A stretch of DNA of 59,192 nt from an uncultured Methanosarcinales archaeon (GCA_964428445.1 CAYRYC010000002.1:1-59192); one strand, 5' to 3'; counted from the stretch's first letter, positions 47,464 through 57,813 are shown. Notes: generated by a model from the sequence alone, not told the origin. Numbers and translations: made by a program.

Positions 47464-48243
47464 CTAGGCTCGAGCGAAAGTATAAGATGTAATATCTCCC
47501 TTGGAATTTTTTTTGAGAATTTTTTCAAAAGCAGAATACATATCTTCAGCTTCTTTATACTCAGGAGCATTAATTGTTATTTTGAATTTTCCCGCACCTA
47601 AGAAATGAATATCGATTTGTTTATCATTAACTTTCATAAGTTCAGACATAATATCTCTAATAACATCAACACCATTTTCATCATAGCTTTCAATTTCAAG
47701 TGCAGCCATAATAACAACTTGTTTTGGTTTGATACGATCTTTAATAATATCTTCAAGCTTTTTAGCTTCTGTTTTATCAAAACCCATGCTTGTAAGAGAA
47801 ACACCATTTTCAACAATATCTTCAAAAGCTAAATATATTGATTCGTAATGTTCAAGAATTTTATCAGCGATTGCTTGATAGACATCTTTAAGTTTTTTCT
47901 TATCAAGAAGAGCGTAGGATTTCAAAATGTTTTCTGAAATTATTTGTTGTTTTCTAGTTTCAACTTTATCTCGTCTTTGACTCTCAGTTACTCTACGTAA
48001 AGAAAGATCAATGTGGCCTCTATCTTTATGGATTCTAAGAACTTTACAAATAATTACTTTTCCTTCTTTTACATAGTCTCGAATGTTTCGAATACGACCA
48101 GGACTAATCTCGGAAATGTGGATCATGCCGCTTTTGTTTTCAAACTCATCAAGTTTTGCAAAAACAGAATTGTATTGCACATTAGTAACTGTACAAAAAA
48201 CAATGTCGCCTTCCGATGGAAATCCTTTTTTTACGTCTAACAT
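47464..48243 (-). CDS. eif2a: translation initiation factor aIF2 alpha subunit
   Basis: An S1 domain (GDIVFCTVTNV...GMIHISEISPGRIRNIRDYVKEGK) followed by the alpha-beta C-terminal domain. Confidence 0.9.
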   Translation of the reverse strand: MLDVKKGFPSEGDIVFCTVTNVQYNSVFAKLDEFENKSGMIHISEISPGRIRNIRDYVKEGKVIICKVLRIHKDRGHIDLSLRRVTESQRRDKVETRKQQIISENILKSYALLDKKKLKDVYQAIADKILEHYESIYLAFEDIVENGVSLTSMGFDKTEAKKLEDIIKDRIKPKQVVIMAALEIESYDENGVDVIRDIMSELMKVNDKQIDIHFLGAGKFKITINAPEYKEAEDMYSAFEKILKKNSKGDITSYTFARA

Positions 48244-48288
48244 AGTATTACCTTAAATTAAGTAAATAAAATTTAAAAAAATTGAAGT

Positions 48289-48468
48289 CTATTCTAGAAC
48301 TTCTAGTACTCGAGCTTTGATTCTAGTTTTTCCGCCAGTAGGTTCAGCAAGAACTTTCTCACATACTAAACACTTCACTTCAGAAGCACTTTTACCGAAT
48401 ACAATTTGTTCGTTTTTACATTTAGGACATCTAACTTTGATGAACTTTGAACTTGGTTCTTTTGTCAT
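48289..48468 (-). CDS. rps27e: 30S ribosomal protein S27e
   Basis: Below the track cutoff. Translation: [59 protein letters not shown]. It contains a C4 zinc ribbon. Confidence 0.88.
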   Translation of the reverse strand: MTKEPSSKFIKVRCPKCKNEQIVFGKSASEVKCLVCEKVLAEPTGGKTRIKARVLEVLE

Positions 48469-48664
48469 TTTTTCACTTTTTTATTTTATTTCTTAATCGT
48501 TGAAGACCGCGCAGCTTTCACCGCAAAGGTTTCGTGTGCCACAACTTGTGGAACGCTAAGATTGAATTTCAAGAAACCCAGAGTTGTTTATAAAGATTTG
48601 CGCCAAATAAAAGGAATAGAGACAGAATAAGAAGAAAAAGAACTAATAAGAAAAAAATTAAAAA

Positions 48665-48976
48665 CTAAATTATTTCTACTTTTTTAGCTCGAAATCCTTT
48701 TGATTGAGCAGATTGCTTCTTACAAACAGAACATTCATATCTAAAATCGGTTTTTTTGGTAAGCTTTTTCCCAACCATTTTTGGCTTAGGAGGTTTAGAA
48801 TATCTTCCAAGATTACCTGCTCCTCGTCGTTCTCCTCTCTTTTGAACTCTGTGTGTAGATCCAAAACTCATAGGTCGAGTAGCATTTCTAGCCCGTCGTT
48901 TAGCCTGTACTACTTTCTGTTCTGTGTGCTTTTTACAGAAAGGACAGTGACGATTTGTAATTTTAGGCCGTTTCAT
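48665..48976 (-). CDS. rpl44e: 50S ribosomal protein L44e (eL42)
   Basis: CPFCKKHTEQKV...GGKKPKP-like core...ECSVCKK. Typical L44e. Confidence 0.9.
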   Translation of the reverse strand: MKRPKITNRHCPFCKKHTEQKVVQAKRRARNATRPMSFGSTHRVQKRGERRGAGNLGRYSKPPKPKMVGKKLTKKTDFRYECSVCKKQSAQSKGFRAKKVEII

Positions 48977-49010
48977 AGTTTTAATGTGGAATTAAAGAGT
49001 CTTTTTAAAG

Positions 49011-49352
49011 CTATCTATCAGATAGTTCAAGTGAAGAAACACTAAAAAAATCACCGGAGAGCTTCCCCGTTACAATTACAACAGATCCTTGAAAATCATC
49101 AGGGATTTCTGACTTGATAAAAGCTGTTTCTATACACTCTCTTTGGAGTTGAAGTGTTGATCCTGAAGGACCTGTATTTATGGATTTCAATATAGCAGAG
49201 AACTGTATTTCTTGATCCTGCGGAATCTTGGCATTTTCAAGTTGTTTTGGACTTGCCAGGAGGAAAATGATAATAAGAAATAAGAAACCAAATATACTTA
49301 TTATTAGAGAAAGTTTATGGAGTAAAGATTCGTTCATAGTAAAATCTTTCAT
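49011..49352 (-). CDS. hypothetical membrane-anchored protein
   Basis: One N-terminal TM span (LSLIISIFGFLFLIIIFLLA) followed by a beta-rich domain. Confidence 0.4.
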   Translation of the reverse strand: MKDFTMNESLLHKLSLIISIFGFLFLIIIFLLASPKQLENAKIPQDQEIQFSAILKSINTGPSGSTLQLQRECIETAFIKSEIPDDFQGSVVIVTGKLSGDFFSVSSLELSDR

Positions 49353-49397
49353 AAGATTATTAAAATAGGCATGCTAAGAATTACTGTAAAATTTACT

Positions 49398-49521
49398 GAT
49401 TTACGACAAATATTTGAAAAAATAAAGAAGATTCACGACAATTATTTGAAGAAATCAAGAATTTCAGCAAATAATCATCTTAAAATCCATTCAAAAAATG
49501 GATTTACGACAATTATTTAAA
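49398..49521 (+). repeat. three copies of gatt[tc]acgacaa[at]tattt[ga]aa (BRE/TATA-like) upstream of tfs; the last is preceded by a perfect 8-bp hairpin
   Basis: Copies at 49398-49418, 49430-49450 and 49501-49521. Hairpin aaatccat-tcaaaaa-atggattt at 49483-49505. Confidence 0.7.
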
Positions 49522-49556
49522 GAGGAAGTACAGGATATTCAATTAGGAGTAAAAAA

Positions 49557-49874
49557 ATGATGTTTTGTCCAAAATGTGGAGCACTTCTTAAAACCCGTAC
49601 TGGGAAAAAAGGAGAACCTGAGAACTATTGTAGTTGTGGCCATAGTTCAGCAGTTAAAGAAGAAAAAACTATCAAAGAATCTGTTGATAAAAAAGACAAG
49701 ATAGAAGTTATTGAAAATCAAGATAGTGTTTATCCATTAACAGATGCTCATTGTTCCAAATGTGGACACGATAAAGCTAGATATTGGATGCGACAGACCA
49801 GATCAGGAGACGAACCTGAAACTAAATTCTTCAAGTGCGAGAAATGTAGACATGTCTGGCGAGAATACGATTAG
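49557..49874 (+). CDS. tfs: transcription factor S (TFS / RpoM)
   Basis: N-terminal Zn ribbon FCPKCGALL and C-terminal CSKCGH...QTRSGDEPETKFFKCEKC with the acidic hairpin motif. Confidence 0.9.
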   Translation: MMFCPKCGALLKTRTGKKGEPENYCSCGHSSAVKEEKTIKESVDKKDKIEVIENQDSVYPLTDAHCSKCGHDKARYWMRQTRSGDEPETKFFKCEKCRHVWREYD

Positions 49875-50088
49875 TTTCTGTACCAAAATACCATCTTACT
49901 CAAAACTTCTTGAGATTCTTTATATGAAGATTTTATGATATTACCATCATAACGAGATTCATAGGTTCCTTCTAAATCAAAAATGGAATTAGCTTCGCTT
50001 GATGTGCTTTCATAAAAAGTTTCCCAATCATTAATTGAATCAAAAAAATCTTTATTTTGAGAATCGAAACAATGATCTCCCATTTTAT

Positions 50089-51672
50089 TTACCTATTCAA
50101 ATCCTTTTTTTTCGGTGCATAGAATTTTGCAGATACTTTAGTATTTTCTGCCAAGTGAGGAACCACATATAATTCTACTTTTTTTTGTTCACTTTGAACA
50201 ACATTCTCTTCAGATACTTTAGGAGATGAAGTGTTTTGAACTTCTTCTTCAAGATCAGAATTTCCTCGGTCATAAACATCTCCAAAAAAACAATAACCTT
50301 GTTTTGGATATACAGTATTAACTACCTCCATACCAAACATTAATTTTGAAGGTTTTGGTCTAGGAGCTCGAGTTAATTCTCTTTCAGCTCTGTCTTCTAA
50401 TTTTTGATCAATTGTATTTTGAATAGAAGGATTTTCATTTTCAAGATTGGTTCTTAATGCTTCTGCCGCACCAAAATACATCTTTCGTAATTCAGGATGA
50501 GGTAAATGTTTAGGATCTTCAATAACTCTATAATCAAACTCACCTTCACCTAAAACATGAACATTTGCATATTCTGGAGGCGCATCAACTCGAAAATTAA
50601 CATTTTCAGTATTATCTTTATCAATACTAACTTTATCAACATCAATATTAGCTAAGTACTCCTCAGAACATTTATCTTTATTAAGACGAAGATTAGCTTC
50701 AATATTTGATAGTCTAGGATAATAAGCTACTGTAAGAACATACGGAACTTCATTTGCTCCAATATTCATTTCTGATGTTAATATAACAGGGCTTTCTTCC
50801 TTTGCAATTTGACGAAGATCATAATCAAGATCGGTCAGTGTTTCAAAAGTTTCATTTCTTTCTAGTTCAGCTTTACGAATACTAGAAATGTCTCTTTGAT
50901 CTCCAATATATTCATCAAACAAATTTGTTAGAACAGAACCTAAAATCATTGTTGAGTTAAGAGGAACTCTTAGACCGGAAGCAGCATAGGTATCTCTTAT
51001 ATCTCCAACCATGTCTCGAAATAAATAAGCAACTTCTTCGTTAGGACGTGCTGAGGATCCTACAATAGGACTTAATTCTTTTACTTCATCTTTATATTCT
51101 TCAAAGAAAGCTTCTGAACGTCTAGCCATGAGATTATTTTTTATAGCTTCTGAATGTTTAATAAAATCGCCAGCGCCCAAATCTGTTTGCGCTTGCAAAA
51201 AATCATCGAGAATGTCAATACCATCTGCACCATTCATACTAATTGCATAATTATATACTTTTTCTGCAGAGTTAAAAAAATCTTTTTCCATTAGAGAAAT
51301 TCCCTCATAATGCTCTTCGAAAAATTCTTTTTCAACTAGAGAAATTCCCTCATAATGATCTTTGGCAAACTCTTTATAACCATTAATATATCTATCTAAT
51401 TGCCAAGGAGTTTCACTTACTAAACTTGATACTCTATTATAAATTTCATTTTGAAATGCTTTTGCTACCTTCTTGAAATTTTCTTTTTCCTCAGCAGAAT
51501 CTTCATCAGTAATTTTAGGAATAGAATAATTACAATTTTTATCAATATAAGATTTTCTAACATCATTTAGAAGATCATCGAATTTTAATTTTGCTGCAGT
51601 TTCTTCAGCTGTTTCTTCTGTTTTATCTTCTTCAAATTTCTCAGTTAGTTCTTGCTTTGGATTTTGTGTCAT
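50089..51672 (-). CDS. hypothetical 527-aa acidic protein
   Basis: Long ORF containing the internal tandem duplication HYEGISLVEKEFFEEHYEGISLMEKDFF. Confidence 0.5.
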   Translation of the reverse strand: MTQNPKQELTEKFEEDKTEETAEETAAKLKFDDLLNDVRKSYIDKNCNYSIPKITDEDSAEEKENFKKVAKAFQNEIYNRVSSLVSETPWQLDRYINGYKEFAKDHYEGISLVEKEFFEEHYEGISLMEKDFFNSAEKVYNYAISMNGADGIDILDDFLQAQTDLGAGDFIKHSEAIKNNLMARRSEAFFEEYKDEVKELSPIVGSSARPNEEVAYLFRDMVGDIRDTYAASGLRVPLNSTMILGSVLTNLFDEYIGDQRDISSIRKAELERNETFETLTDLDYDLRQIAKEESPVILTSEMNIGANEVPYVLTVAYYPRLSNIEANLRLNKDKCSEEYLANIDVDKVSIDKDNTENVNFRVDAPPEYANVHVLGEGEFDYRVIEDPKHLPHPELRKMYFGAAEALRTNLENENPSIQNTIDQKLEDRAERELTRAPRPKPSKLMFGMEVVNTVYPKQGYCFFGDVYDRGNSDLEEEVQNTSSPKVSEENVVQSEQKKVELYVVPHLAENTKVSAKFYAPKKKDLNR

Positions 51673-51828
51673 CTTATACCTCTTTTCCCCGGAGATTCAC
51701 CACTCTCCAGATATATTTTATCTGAATGAGCTACTATATAAACCTTTCGCTTTTTTTACTACTTGTTAGTGATAAACGTATACTGGCTTATAAATGAAAT
51801 ATGGCTACAAGGTAACTTTATAAAGGAA

Positions 51829-52029
51829 ATGGCGTTTCCTGGACCTACGATGACTAACGAAAACATCAAACACGGAACAACAACAGGGACTTCCCTTGCT
51901 AACGACGTAGGATCTACAAGCTTCCCATGCCCAAACTGCGGAAAAGCAACTATCCGAAGAACACGAAAAGCAAGAGAAATCGTAGTAAAATACAAATGTC
52001 CTGAATGTGGCTTTGTAGGCCCAAATTAA
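51829..52029 (+). CDS. small Zn-ribbon protein (DUF1610/HVO_2753-like) upstream of aEF-1-beta
   Basis: FPCPNCGKATIRRTRKAREIVVKYKCPECGF has two CxxC pairs. It occupies the conserved position before ef1b. The start is set at the internal Met at 51829. Confidence 0.65.
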   Translation: MAFPGPTMTNENIKHGTTTGTSLANDVGSTSFPCPNCGKATIRRTRKAREIVVKYKCPECGFVGPN

Positions 52030-52041
52030 TTACAATCTAAA

Positions 52042-52093
52042 GTGCTCCCTAGCAGAGCACGAAATCGCGAACATTCGCGGTTTCTTCTTTTTT
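52042..52093 (+). terminator. two hairpins followed by a T-run after the Zn-ribbon gene
   Basis: gtgctc...gagcac (52042-52060) and gaaatcgcga-acat-tcgcggtttc (52061-52084), followed by ttcttcttttttac. Confidence 0.45.
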
Positions 52094-52174
52094 ACTATAA
52101 ACAAGGTATGTAAAATGGTCATGCGAAAAACAAAAAAGTTTTTCTGAGACCATATTAAAACCAGAGGTATTAAC

Positions 52175-52456
52175 ATGGCAAACGCAATTATAACATTCGA
52201 AATTATGCCGGTATCACCGGATGTAGATCTAGAACCAGTAAAAGAAAAAGCTCTTGAAATAGCTCGAACCCATGGTGCAAAAGGAAACATGGAAAGTAGC
52301 ATTGAACCAGTAGCTTTCGGATTAAAAAAAGTTATTATCATGGGAATGTATGACGTTTCCGACGATAAAGACTTTGATATAATCACTGAAGAAATGTCTA
52401 AGCTCGAAGGAGTTAATGGCGCAGAAATTGCAAAAATGGATCTTGCAATGGGTTAA
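52175..52456 (+). CDS. ef1b: elongation factor aEF-1 beta
   Basis: 93 aa. FEIMPVSPDVDLEPV...IEPVAFGLKKV...AEI is the typical aEF-1-beta pattern. Confidence 0.88.
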   Translation: MANAIITFEIMPVSPDVDLEPVKEKALEIARTHGAKGNMESSIEPVAFGLKKVIIMGMYDVSDDKDFDIITEEMSKLEGVNGAEIAKMDLAMG

Positions 52457-52911
52457 TTCTTAATATCAAGAGGAGCGAATTCAAAAATCGTTTCATATTT
52501 TTTCTCTTTATCTATTTGATTAAAATAAATTTTTAATTCTTTAAACTGTTTAATCGTAAAAGGTTTATAATGAGAAGAAGGAATAGTAAATTCTCCTTCA
52601 TGCTTAAAAACTTTTTTAGAAACCATATCTATAAATTCTTCAGAAATATTTTTTTCTCTAAGAATATACAAATTCAACTCGTTCAATTTCTTGTAAGAAA
52701 CCTTCTGTGCATCGGTAGAATAACTTAAGAAAAACATAAATTTAGATTTCTTTTGAACTTCTTTATGCAACTCTTCCGCAAGAGAATCAAGTCCAGAAAA
52801 CGAAGCACGACAATTCAACATTTTATCAGGAGAATTAAGTTCCAACATAACAATATAATCATTGTTATTTGAAAACTCTTGGCCAACAAAGTAAATTTTA
52901 GGATCAGTCAT
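52453..52911 (-). CDS. hypothetical protein
   Basis: 152-aa ORF, last gene of a three-gene minus-strand cluster. Confidence 0.4.
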   Translation of the reverse strand: MTDPKIYFVGQEFSNNNDYIVMLELNSPDKMLNCRASFSGLDSLAEELHKEVQKKSKFMFFLSYSTDAQKVSYKKLNELNLYILREKNISEEFIDMVSKKVFKHEGEFTIPSSHYKPFTIKQFKELKIYFNQIDKEKKYETIFEFAPLDIKN

Positions 52912-52939
52912 AAAATACCTAAGTAGAACAAAGTATTTA

Positions 52940-53446
52940 TTATTTACTATCTATTGCTGCACTTTTCTGAGAAACAAGCTCTTTCAAGCTCTTTACAATC
53001 CCTTGCAACTCATCCTTCTCTTTTACTTTAATCTCTTTATGTTTAGCAAGATTAGTAATTTGTCTAGAAGTACCTATAAGTTCTTTTCTAATAGCTTCTA
53101 AAATAGCAAGTTGATCAGATTTCTTTTTAACTTTTGTATATTCATGATGTTCTTTTGTAAAAGTTTCAAAACTATCTTTGTATATAGATAAATGAGCTTT
53201 AAGTAATTCAATTTGTCTAGAAGAATTCTTTTTTGTCGTATGATGTTTTACTGATTCGTGAGATAATGCATCTTGAAGATGTTTTGCTTGTTCCCTTTCA
53301 ACTTTTTGTTGACGAAACTTACGAACACGACGAGCATTTTTCAAAGAGACATCTAATTTTACAGAATGAAAATGTTTTTTATGACTCAGTTTTTTTGCGT
53401 TCTCTGCTAAAGAAACAAACAAACGCTCTTTGAGAATTGGGATCAT
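52940..53446 (-). CDS. hypothetical basic coiled-coil protein
   Basis: 168-aa ORF. Its start overlaps the upstream stop (ATGA). Confidence 0.45.
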   Translation of the reverse strand: MIPILKERLFVSLAENAKKLSHKKHFHSVKLDVSLKNARRVRKFRQQKVEREQAKHLQDALSHESVKHHTTKKNSSRQIELLKAHLSIYKDSFETFTKEHHEYTKVKKKSDQLAILEAIRKELIGTSRQITNLAKHKEIKVKEKDELQGIVKSLKELVSQKSAAIDSK

Positions 53447-54000
53447 CTGAATAGTCCTTTTTTCTTAGGCGGAGGAGGAAGGTTAAGATCATTTCCTGCA
53501 GGTCCAGGCGGAGGAGGCATAGATCCAGGTTCTGGCGGAGCCATTTGCGGAGCTAGTTGAGGAGCCATTTGTGGCAATGGTTGTGGAGTAGGAGCTTGTT
53601 GCGGAACAGGCTCAAGCATTGGTGGAGCCATTGGCTGTTCAGAAACAGGAGCAGGTTCTGGTTCAGTTTGAACTGCTACTTGTGCTTGGCTAGGAGCTTG
53701 AATTAATTGTGCAACCGTTAGAATTCCTTCAGCAATCTTCTCATTCTGTCCAGAAATCATTTTAAAATTTTCCTGAATAGAAGAAGTTTTGAATTCCTTA
53801 ACCATCTCATGATTAGTATCAGAAAGTAATTTGATAAATTTATTTATCGCTTCAGTTAGCTTGTCAACAGATCCCTGTAAGTCTTTAGGCTCTGCTCTAT
53901 CCTTAAAAGGATTTTGTCGTAATCGAGAATTTTCATCTCGTAAACGTTCTAATTCCTGGTGCGGAAGTAGTTCATAATCATCTTGATCGTATCCTGCCAT
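53443..54000 (-). CDS. hypothetical protein with a Pro/Gln-rich C-terminal half
   Basis: 185-aa ORF containing PEPAPVSEQPMAPPMLEPVPQQAPTPQPLPQMAPQLAPQMAPPEPGSMPPPPGP. Confidence 0.45.
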   Translation of the reverse strand: MAGYDQDDYELLPHQELERLRDENSRLRQNPFKDRAEPKDLQGSVDKLTEAINKFIKLLSDTNHEMVKEFKTSSIQENFKMISGQNEKIAEGILTVAQLIQAPSQAQVAVQTEPEPAPVSEQPMAPPMLEPVPQQAPTPQPLPQMAPQLAPQMAPPEPGSMPPPPGPAGNDLNLPPPPKKKGLFR

Positions 54001-54162
54001 CTATCTCAAACCTCAAATAATAGTTAAATTGACTCATAAGCATATATAAAGATTTTGTTTAAAACAGAGAAAAATTCATAAATCACTAGTGTATTCTCTC
54101 TATAGTAACACCGGTTCACAAGGTATATAAATACAAATCATATTCGACATTTGGGGAAAAGC

Positions 54163-55761
54163 ATGACAAATCAAAATCCAATTCTTGCAGAAAACACACA
54201 AAGAAATCAAGGGCGAACAGCTCAAAGCATGAACATTCTAGCTGCGAAACTCGTAGGAGAAACAGTTCGAACAACTTTAGGTCCGCAAGGAATGGACAAA
54301 ATGATAGTTGATGCACTCGGAGAAATCGTTATCACAAATGACGGAGCAACAATTCTCAAAGAAATGAACATTGAACATCCAGCAGCAAAGATGATCGTTG
54401 AGATTGCAAAAACTCAAGAAGACGAAGTTGGAGACGGAACAACAACCGCAGCAGTACTTGCTGGCGAACTTCTAAGACAGGCAGAAATTCTTATCGAACA
54501 AAACATTCATCCTACTACAATCATAAAAGGATATAGATTAGCAGCACGCAAATCACAAGTTATTCTTAATAACATGAGTGAAAAACTTACTGCAAACGAT
54601 TCAAGCGTTCTAAAAAAATTATCAATGACTGCAATGACAGGAAAAGTTGCAGACGATGCAAAAGAACAATTATCAGATATCGTTGTCAAAGCTCTAAAGA
54701 AAATTAGCAAAGGCGGTATTGACATTGACAATATTAAAATTGAAAAGAAAGTCGGATCAAGCATTCAAGATACAGAACTAATCAACGGAGTTGTACTTGA
54801 CAAAGAAAAAATTCACAACTCAATGCCTGAATTAGTAAATGATGCAAAGATTGCAGTTATTGACACTCCGCTTGAAATGCGACAAACAGATACAGAATCA
54901 AAAATCTCAATCACAGATCCATCAAAATTCCAAGAATTCTTAGAAATGGAAGAACTGATGCTCAAAAAACTTGTAGACACAATTGCAAAAACAGGAGCGA
55001 ACGTAGTTCTCTGTCAAAAAGGAGTAGATGATATGGTACAATATTTACTTGCACAAAAAGGAATCTACACATGTCGAAGAGTAAAAAAATCAGATCTAGC
55101 ACAGGTTGCAAAAGCAACAGGAGCAACAATCATTTCCAATGTTAACGATCTAACAGCAAAACATCTCGGAAAATCAGGAACCGTAAGCCAAGAAAAGGTT
55201 GGTGACGAAAACATGACATTCATTCGAGAATGTAAAAATCCTCGAGCAGTAACAATCCTTGTTAGAGCAACAAGCGAACACATCGCAGATGAAGTAGTTC
55301 GAGCATTAGAAGATTCAATTGGAAACGTTGCATCAGCATTAAGAGCAGGAAAAATTGTTGGCGGAGCAGGATCAACTGAAATTGAACTTACAAGAAATCT
55401 AAATCATTTTTCACAAAAACTTTCTGGAAAAGAACAACTCGCAGTGCAATCATTTGCAAAAGCGTTTGAAATCATTCCAAAAACATTAGCAGAAAATGCA
55501 GGTATCGATCCAATTGACGTAATTACAGAATTAAAAAGTTTACATGATAAAGGAAAGAAATGGACAGGTGTTAATGTTTGGGGAGGAAAAGCTATTGATA
55601 GTTTCAAAGAAGGAATTATAGAACCTTTACCTGTAAAAACTCAAGCAGTGGTAAGCGCAGCAGACGTTGCAGTTATGATTCTTAGAATTGACGATATTAT
55701 TATCGCAGGCGTTCAAGAACAATCAGGACGACCAAACCCTCACGAAGAATTGGACTACTAG
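54163..55761 (+). CDS. ths: thermosome subunit (group II chaperonin)
   Basis: [39 protein letters not shown] and [10 protein letters not shown]. Confidence 0.95.
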   Translation: MTNQNPILAENTQRNQGRTAQSMNILAAKLVGETVRTTLGPQGMDKMIVDALGEIVITNDGATILKEMNIEHPAAKMIVEIAKTQEDEVGDGTTTAAVLAGELLRQAEILIEQNIHPTTIIKGYRLAARKSQVILNNMSEKLTANDSSVLKKLSMTAMTGKVADDAKEQLSDIVVKALKKISKGGIDIDNIKIEKKVGSSIQDTELINGVVLDKEKIHNSMPELVNDAKIAVIDTPLEMRQTDTESKISITDPSKFQEFLEMEELMLKKLVDTIAKTGANVVLCQKGVDDMVQYLLAQKGIYTCRRVKKSDLAQVAKATGATIISNVNDLTAKHLGKSGTVSQEKVGDENMTFIRECKNPRAVTILVRATSEHIADEVVRALEDSIGNVASALRAGKIVGGAGSTEIELTRNLNHFSQKLSGKEQLAVQSFAKAFEIIPKTLAENAGIDPIDVITELKSLHDKGKKWTGVNVWGGKAIDSFKEGIIEPLPVKTQAVVSAADVAVMILRIDDIIIAGVQEQSGRPNPHEELDY

Positions 55762-55767
55762 GCAAAA

Positions 55768-56130
55768 ATGGAAAACACAGAAGAAGCAAAATATGCATCA
55801 GGACATATAGCAACAGTAAACAGAGAAAAAATTGTACTAGAAAACAGCATTCTTTGCGAATATAAAGAAAAAGAAAAGACCGCATATCTAATGACAAGCT
55901 ACGATAATCTAGTTAAAATACAAAACGAAATTAACAAATCAGAATTAGAAATAACAATATATAATACAAATAACTTAGAAACCATAACAATTCCTGAAGG
56001 CACAAAAATTAAATTGAACTTATCAAAAGAACATTTTCTTTCATTAGATAAGATAGTAACTCAAAACGAAATTCCTGTTTCTGCAACTTTTGGTGTTAAA
56101 GAAGTATCTAACTACTTAATCAAGAAATAA
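55768..56130 (+). CDS. hypothetical protein
   Basis: 120-aa ORF starting 7 nt after the thermosome gene. Confidence 0.4.
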   Translation: MENTEEAKYASGHIATVNREKIVLENSILCEYKEKEKTAYLMTSYDNLVKIQNEINKSELEITIYNTNNLETITIPEGTKIKLNLSKEHFLSLDKIVTQNEIPVSATFGVKEVSNYLIKK

Positions 56131-57377
56131 ATTGGAATCATTAACACAACCAAACCAGTACCAAGTAAAAGCACAATTGGTTTAACATTAACCATCAAAA
56201 ATAAAACAGTTAGAATCCCTAGTAAAGGAACTAATGGAAATTTCCCAATTCTCAAAGGAATCTTAAAAGGTCGTTTAGTTTTTTCTTCTTTGTAACGCAA
56301 TACTATAACAGAAAGATTAACAATTAAGAAAACAATAAAGACTGAGAAGTTTGTCATTTCAGCAACTATTTCTAAACCGCCAATTAATAAAAATAACAAA
56401 GCAAGAATTGTTGTTAGAACAATTGCCAATGTAGGCGTGTCTCTAATTCCAACTTTAGTAAATGCTTTCAATTTCTTAAACTCTTCACCAAGACCATACA
56501 ATCCTCGAGAAGCATAAACCAAAGATAGTAAAATAGTATTTGCCGTAGCAAACAAAGCAACAATACCAACTATCAAAAATGCTTTACTACCTAATATGGT
56601 TGCTGCGACATCGGCCAAAGGAGCGGCGGAAGCAGCAAGGATTTGCCAATCTAAAATACTCACTGCTGCAATGGCAACAGCAATATACAAAACAGTTGTT
56701 ATAAGTATTGAAAGAATAATTGCTCTAGGAATTGTCTTCGTGGGATTTTTTGTTTCTTCGGTTAATTTAATTATACCTTCAAATCCTAAATATGCAAAGA
56801 AGACCAAAGATGCTCCTTTGAAAATACCTGTCCAACCATAGGGCATACTCATTAAATTAACAGCATTACCTTTGAAAAAAGCAAGAGCAATAATGAAAAT
56901 TAAAACAAATATACTTGCAAGTGTAAAAATAAGATTAATAACTGAAATATCTTTAATACCGTGCCAATTAAAAAAAGTAAATAATAGTAATACTGAAGCA
57001 GCAATTAAAACAATAAAAGGAATTCCTGTTAAAGAACTAAAATAACCTGCAAAACCCAGAGCAACAGCAGTAGCTGCAAATATTGTTGCAATAACCATCA
57101 TAACAGCCGCAAAGAATCCAATAAATCTTCCAAGAGCACGTTTACCATACAAACATTCTCCTTCATCCTTAGGCATCATTGATGCTAATTCTGCATAGCT
57201 TAATCCAGTGAATATAGCTGCAAGAGCTGCAAGAATAAAAGATATCCATAATGAATTTCCAGCAGTACTGGCCACTAAACCAATAAGAACAAATATTCCT
57301 GCACCTATAATAGTACCAACTCCAGCAACGGTTGCGGAGAAAAGACCAAGTCTTCGTTCTAATTTATGCTTAGGCAT
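56112..57377 (-). CDS. APC-family amino acid/polyamine permease
   Basis: Polytopic (roughly 12 spans). The N-terminal GLFSATVAGVGTIIGAGIFVL motif is typical of APC transporters. Confidence 0.75.
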   Translation of the reverse strand: MPKHKLERRLGLFSATVAGVGTIIGAGIFVLIGLVASTAGNSLWISFILAALAAIFTGLSYAELASMMPKDEGECLYGKRALGRFIGFFAAVMMVIATIFAATAVALGFAGYFSSLTGIPFIVLIAASVLLLFTFFNWHGIKDISVINLIFTLASIFVLIFIIALAFFKGNAVNLMSMPYGWTGIFKGASLVFFAYLGFEGIIKLTEETKNPTKTIPRAIILSILITTVLYIAVAIAAVSILDWQILAASAAPLADVAATILGSKAFLIVGIVALFATANTILLSLVYASRGLYGLGEEFKKLKAFTKVGIRDTPTLAIVLTTILALLFLLIGGLEIVAEMTNFSVFIVFLIVNLSVIVLRYKEEKTKRPFKIPLRIGKFPLVPLLGILTVLFLMVNVKPIVLLLGTGLVVLMIPIYFLIK

Positions 57378-57477
57378 GACACCACATTAAAAACCAATGT
57401 TTAAAAATGTTCTCATAATTAATATGACATTGAGGAAATAAAAAAGAAATTAAACGAAGCAAGGTTCTTCAAATAAA

Positions 57478-57813
57478 ATGAAAAAAGATTGCTTATATTG
57501 GACTCCGCGAGTTATAGGAATATTTATGGCAGCATTCATAACAATATTCGCATTCGATTCATTATCATTTCTAGAATTTATTATTCATCTTATTCCAACA
57601 ATAATACTTGTAGGAATTCTTCTCGTTGCTTGGAAAAAACCACTCATTGGCGGACCAATCTATATTCTAATTGGAGCGTATTATTTTTTTATGACAAGAT
57701 TTAAAGCTCATTACTTAACATACATTCTTCTCGTCGGACCAATTCTTATCACAGGAGTATTATTCCTAAGAGAAGGAATAAAAAACAAGCAAATTCACTT
57801 AAAAAAAAAGTGA
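57478..57813 (+). CDS. small membrane protein
   Basis: 111 aa with three to four hydrophobic spans. Confidence 0.45.
   Translation: MKKDCLYWTPRVIGIFMAAFITIFAFDSLSFLEFIIHLIPTIILVGILLVAWKKPLIGGPIYILIGAYYFFMTRFKAHYLTYILLVGPILITGVLFLREGIKNKQIHLKKK

Noticed and set aside
49871-50083. 70-aa minus-strand ORF between tfs and the 527-aa gene
   Set aside because: It overlaps the tfs stop codon by 4 nt and could be a genuine small acidic protein in an operon with 50089..51672. There is no motif or other support, so it is left unannotated.
52030-52386. 118-aa minus-strand ORF
   Set aside because: It is antisense to the well-supported aEF-1-beta gene and to the terminator hairpins.
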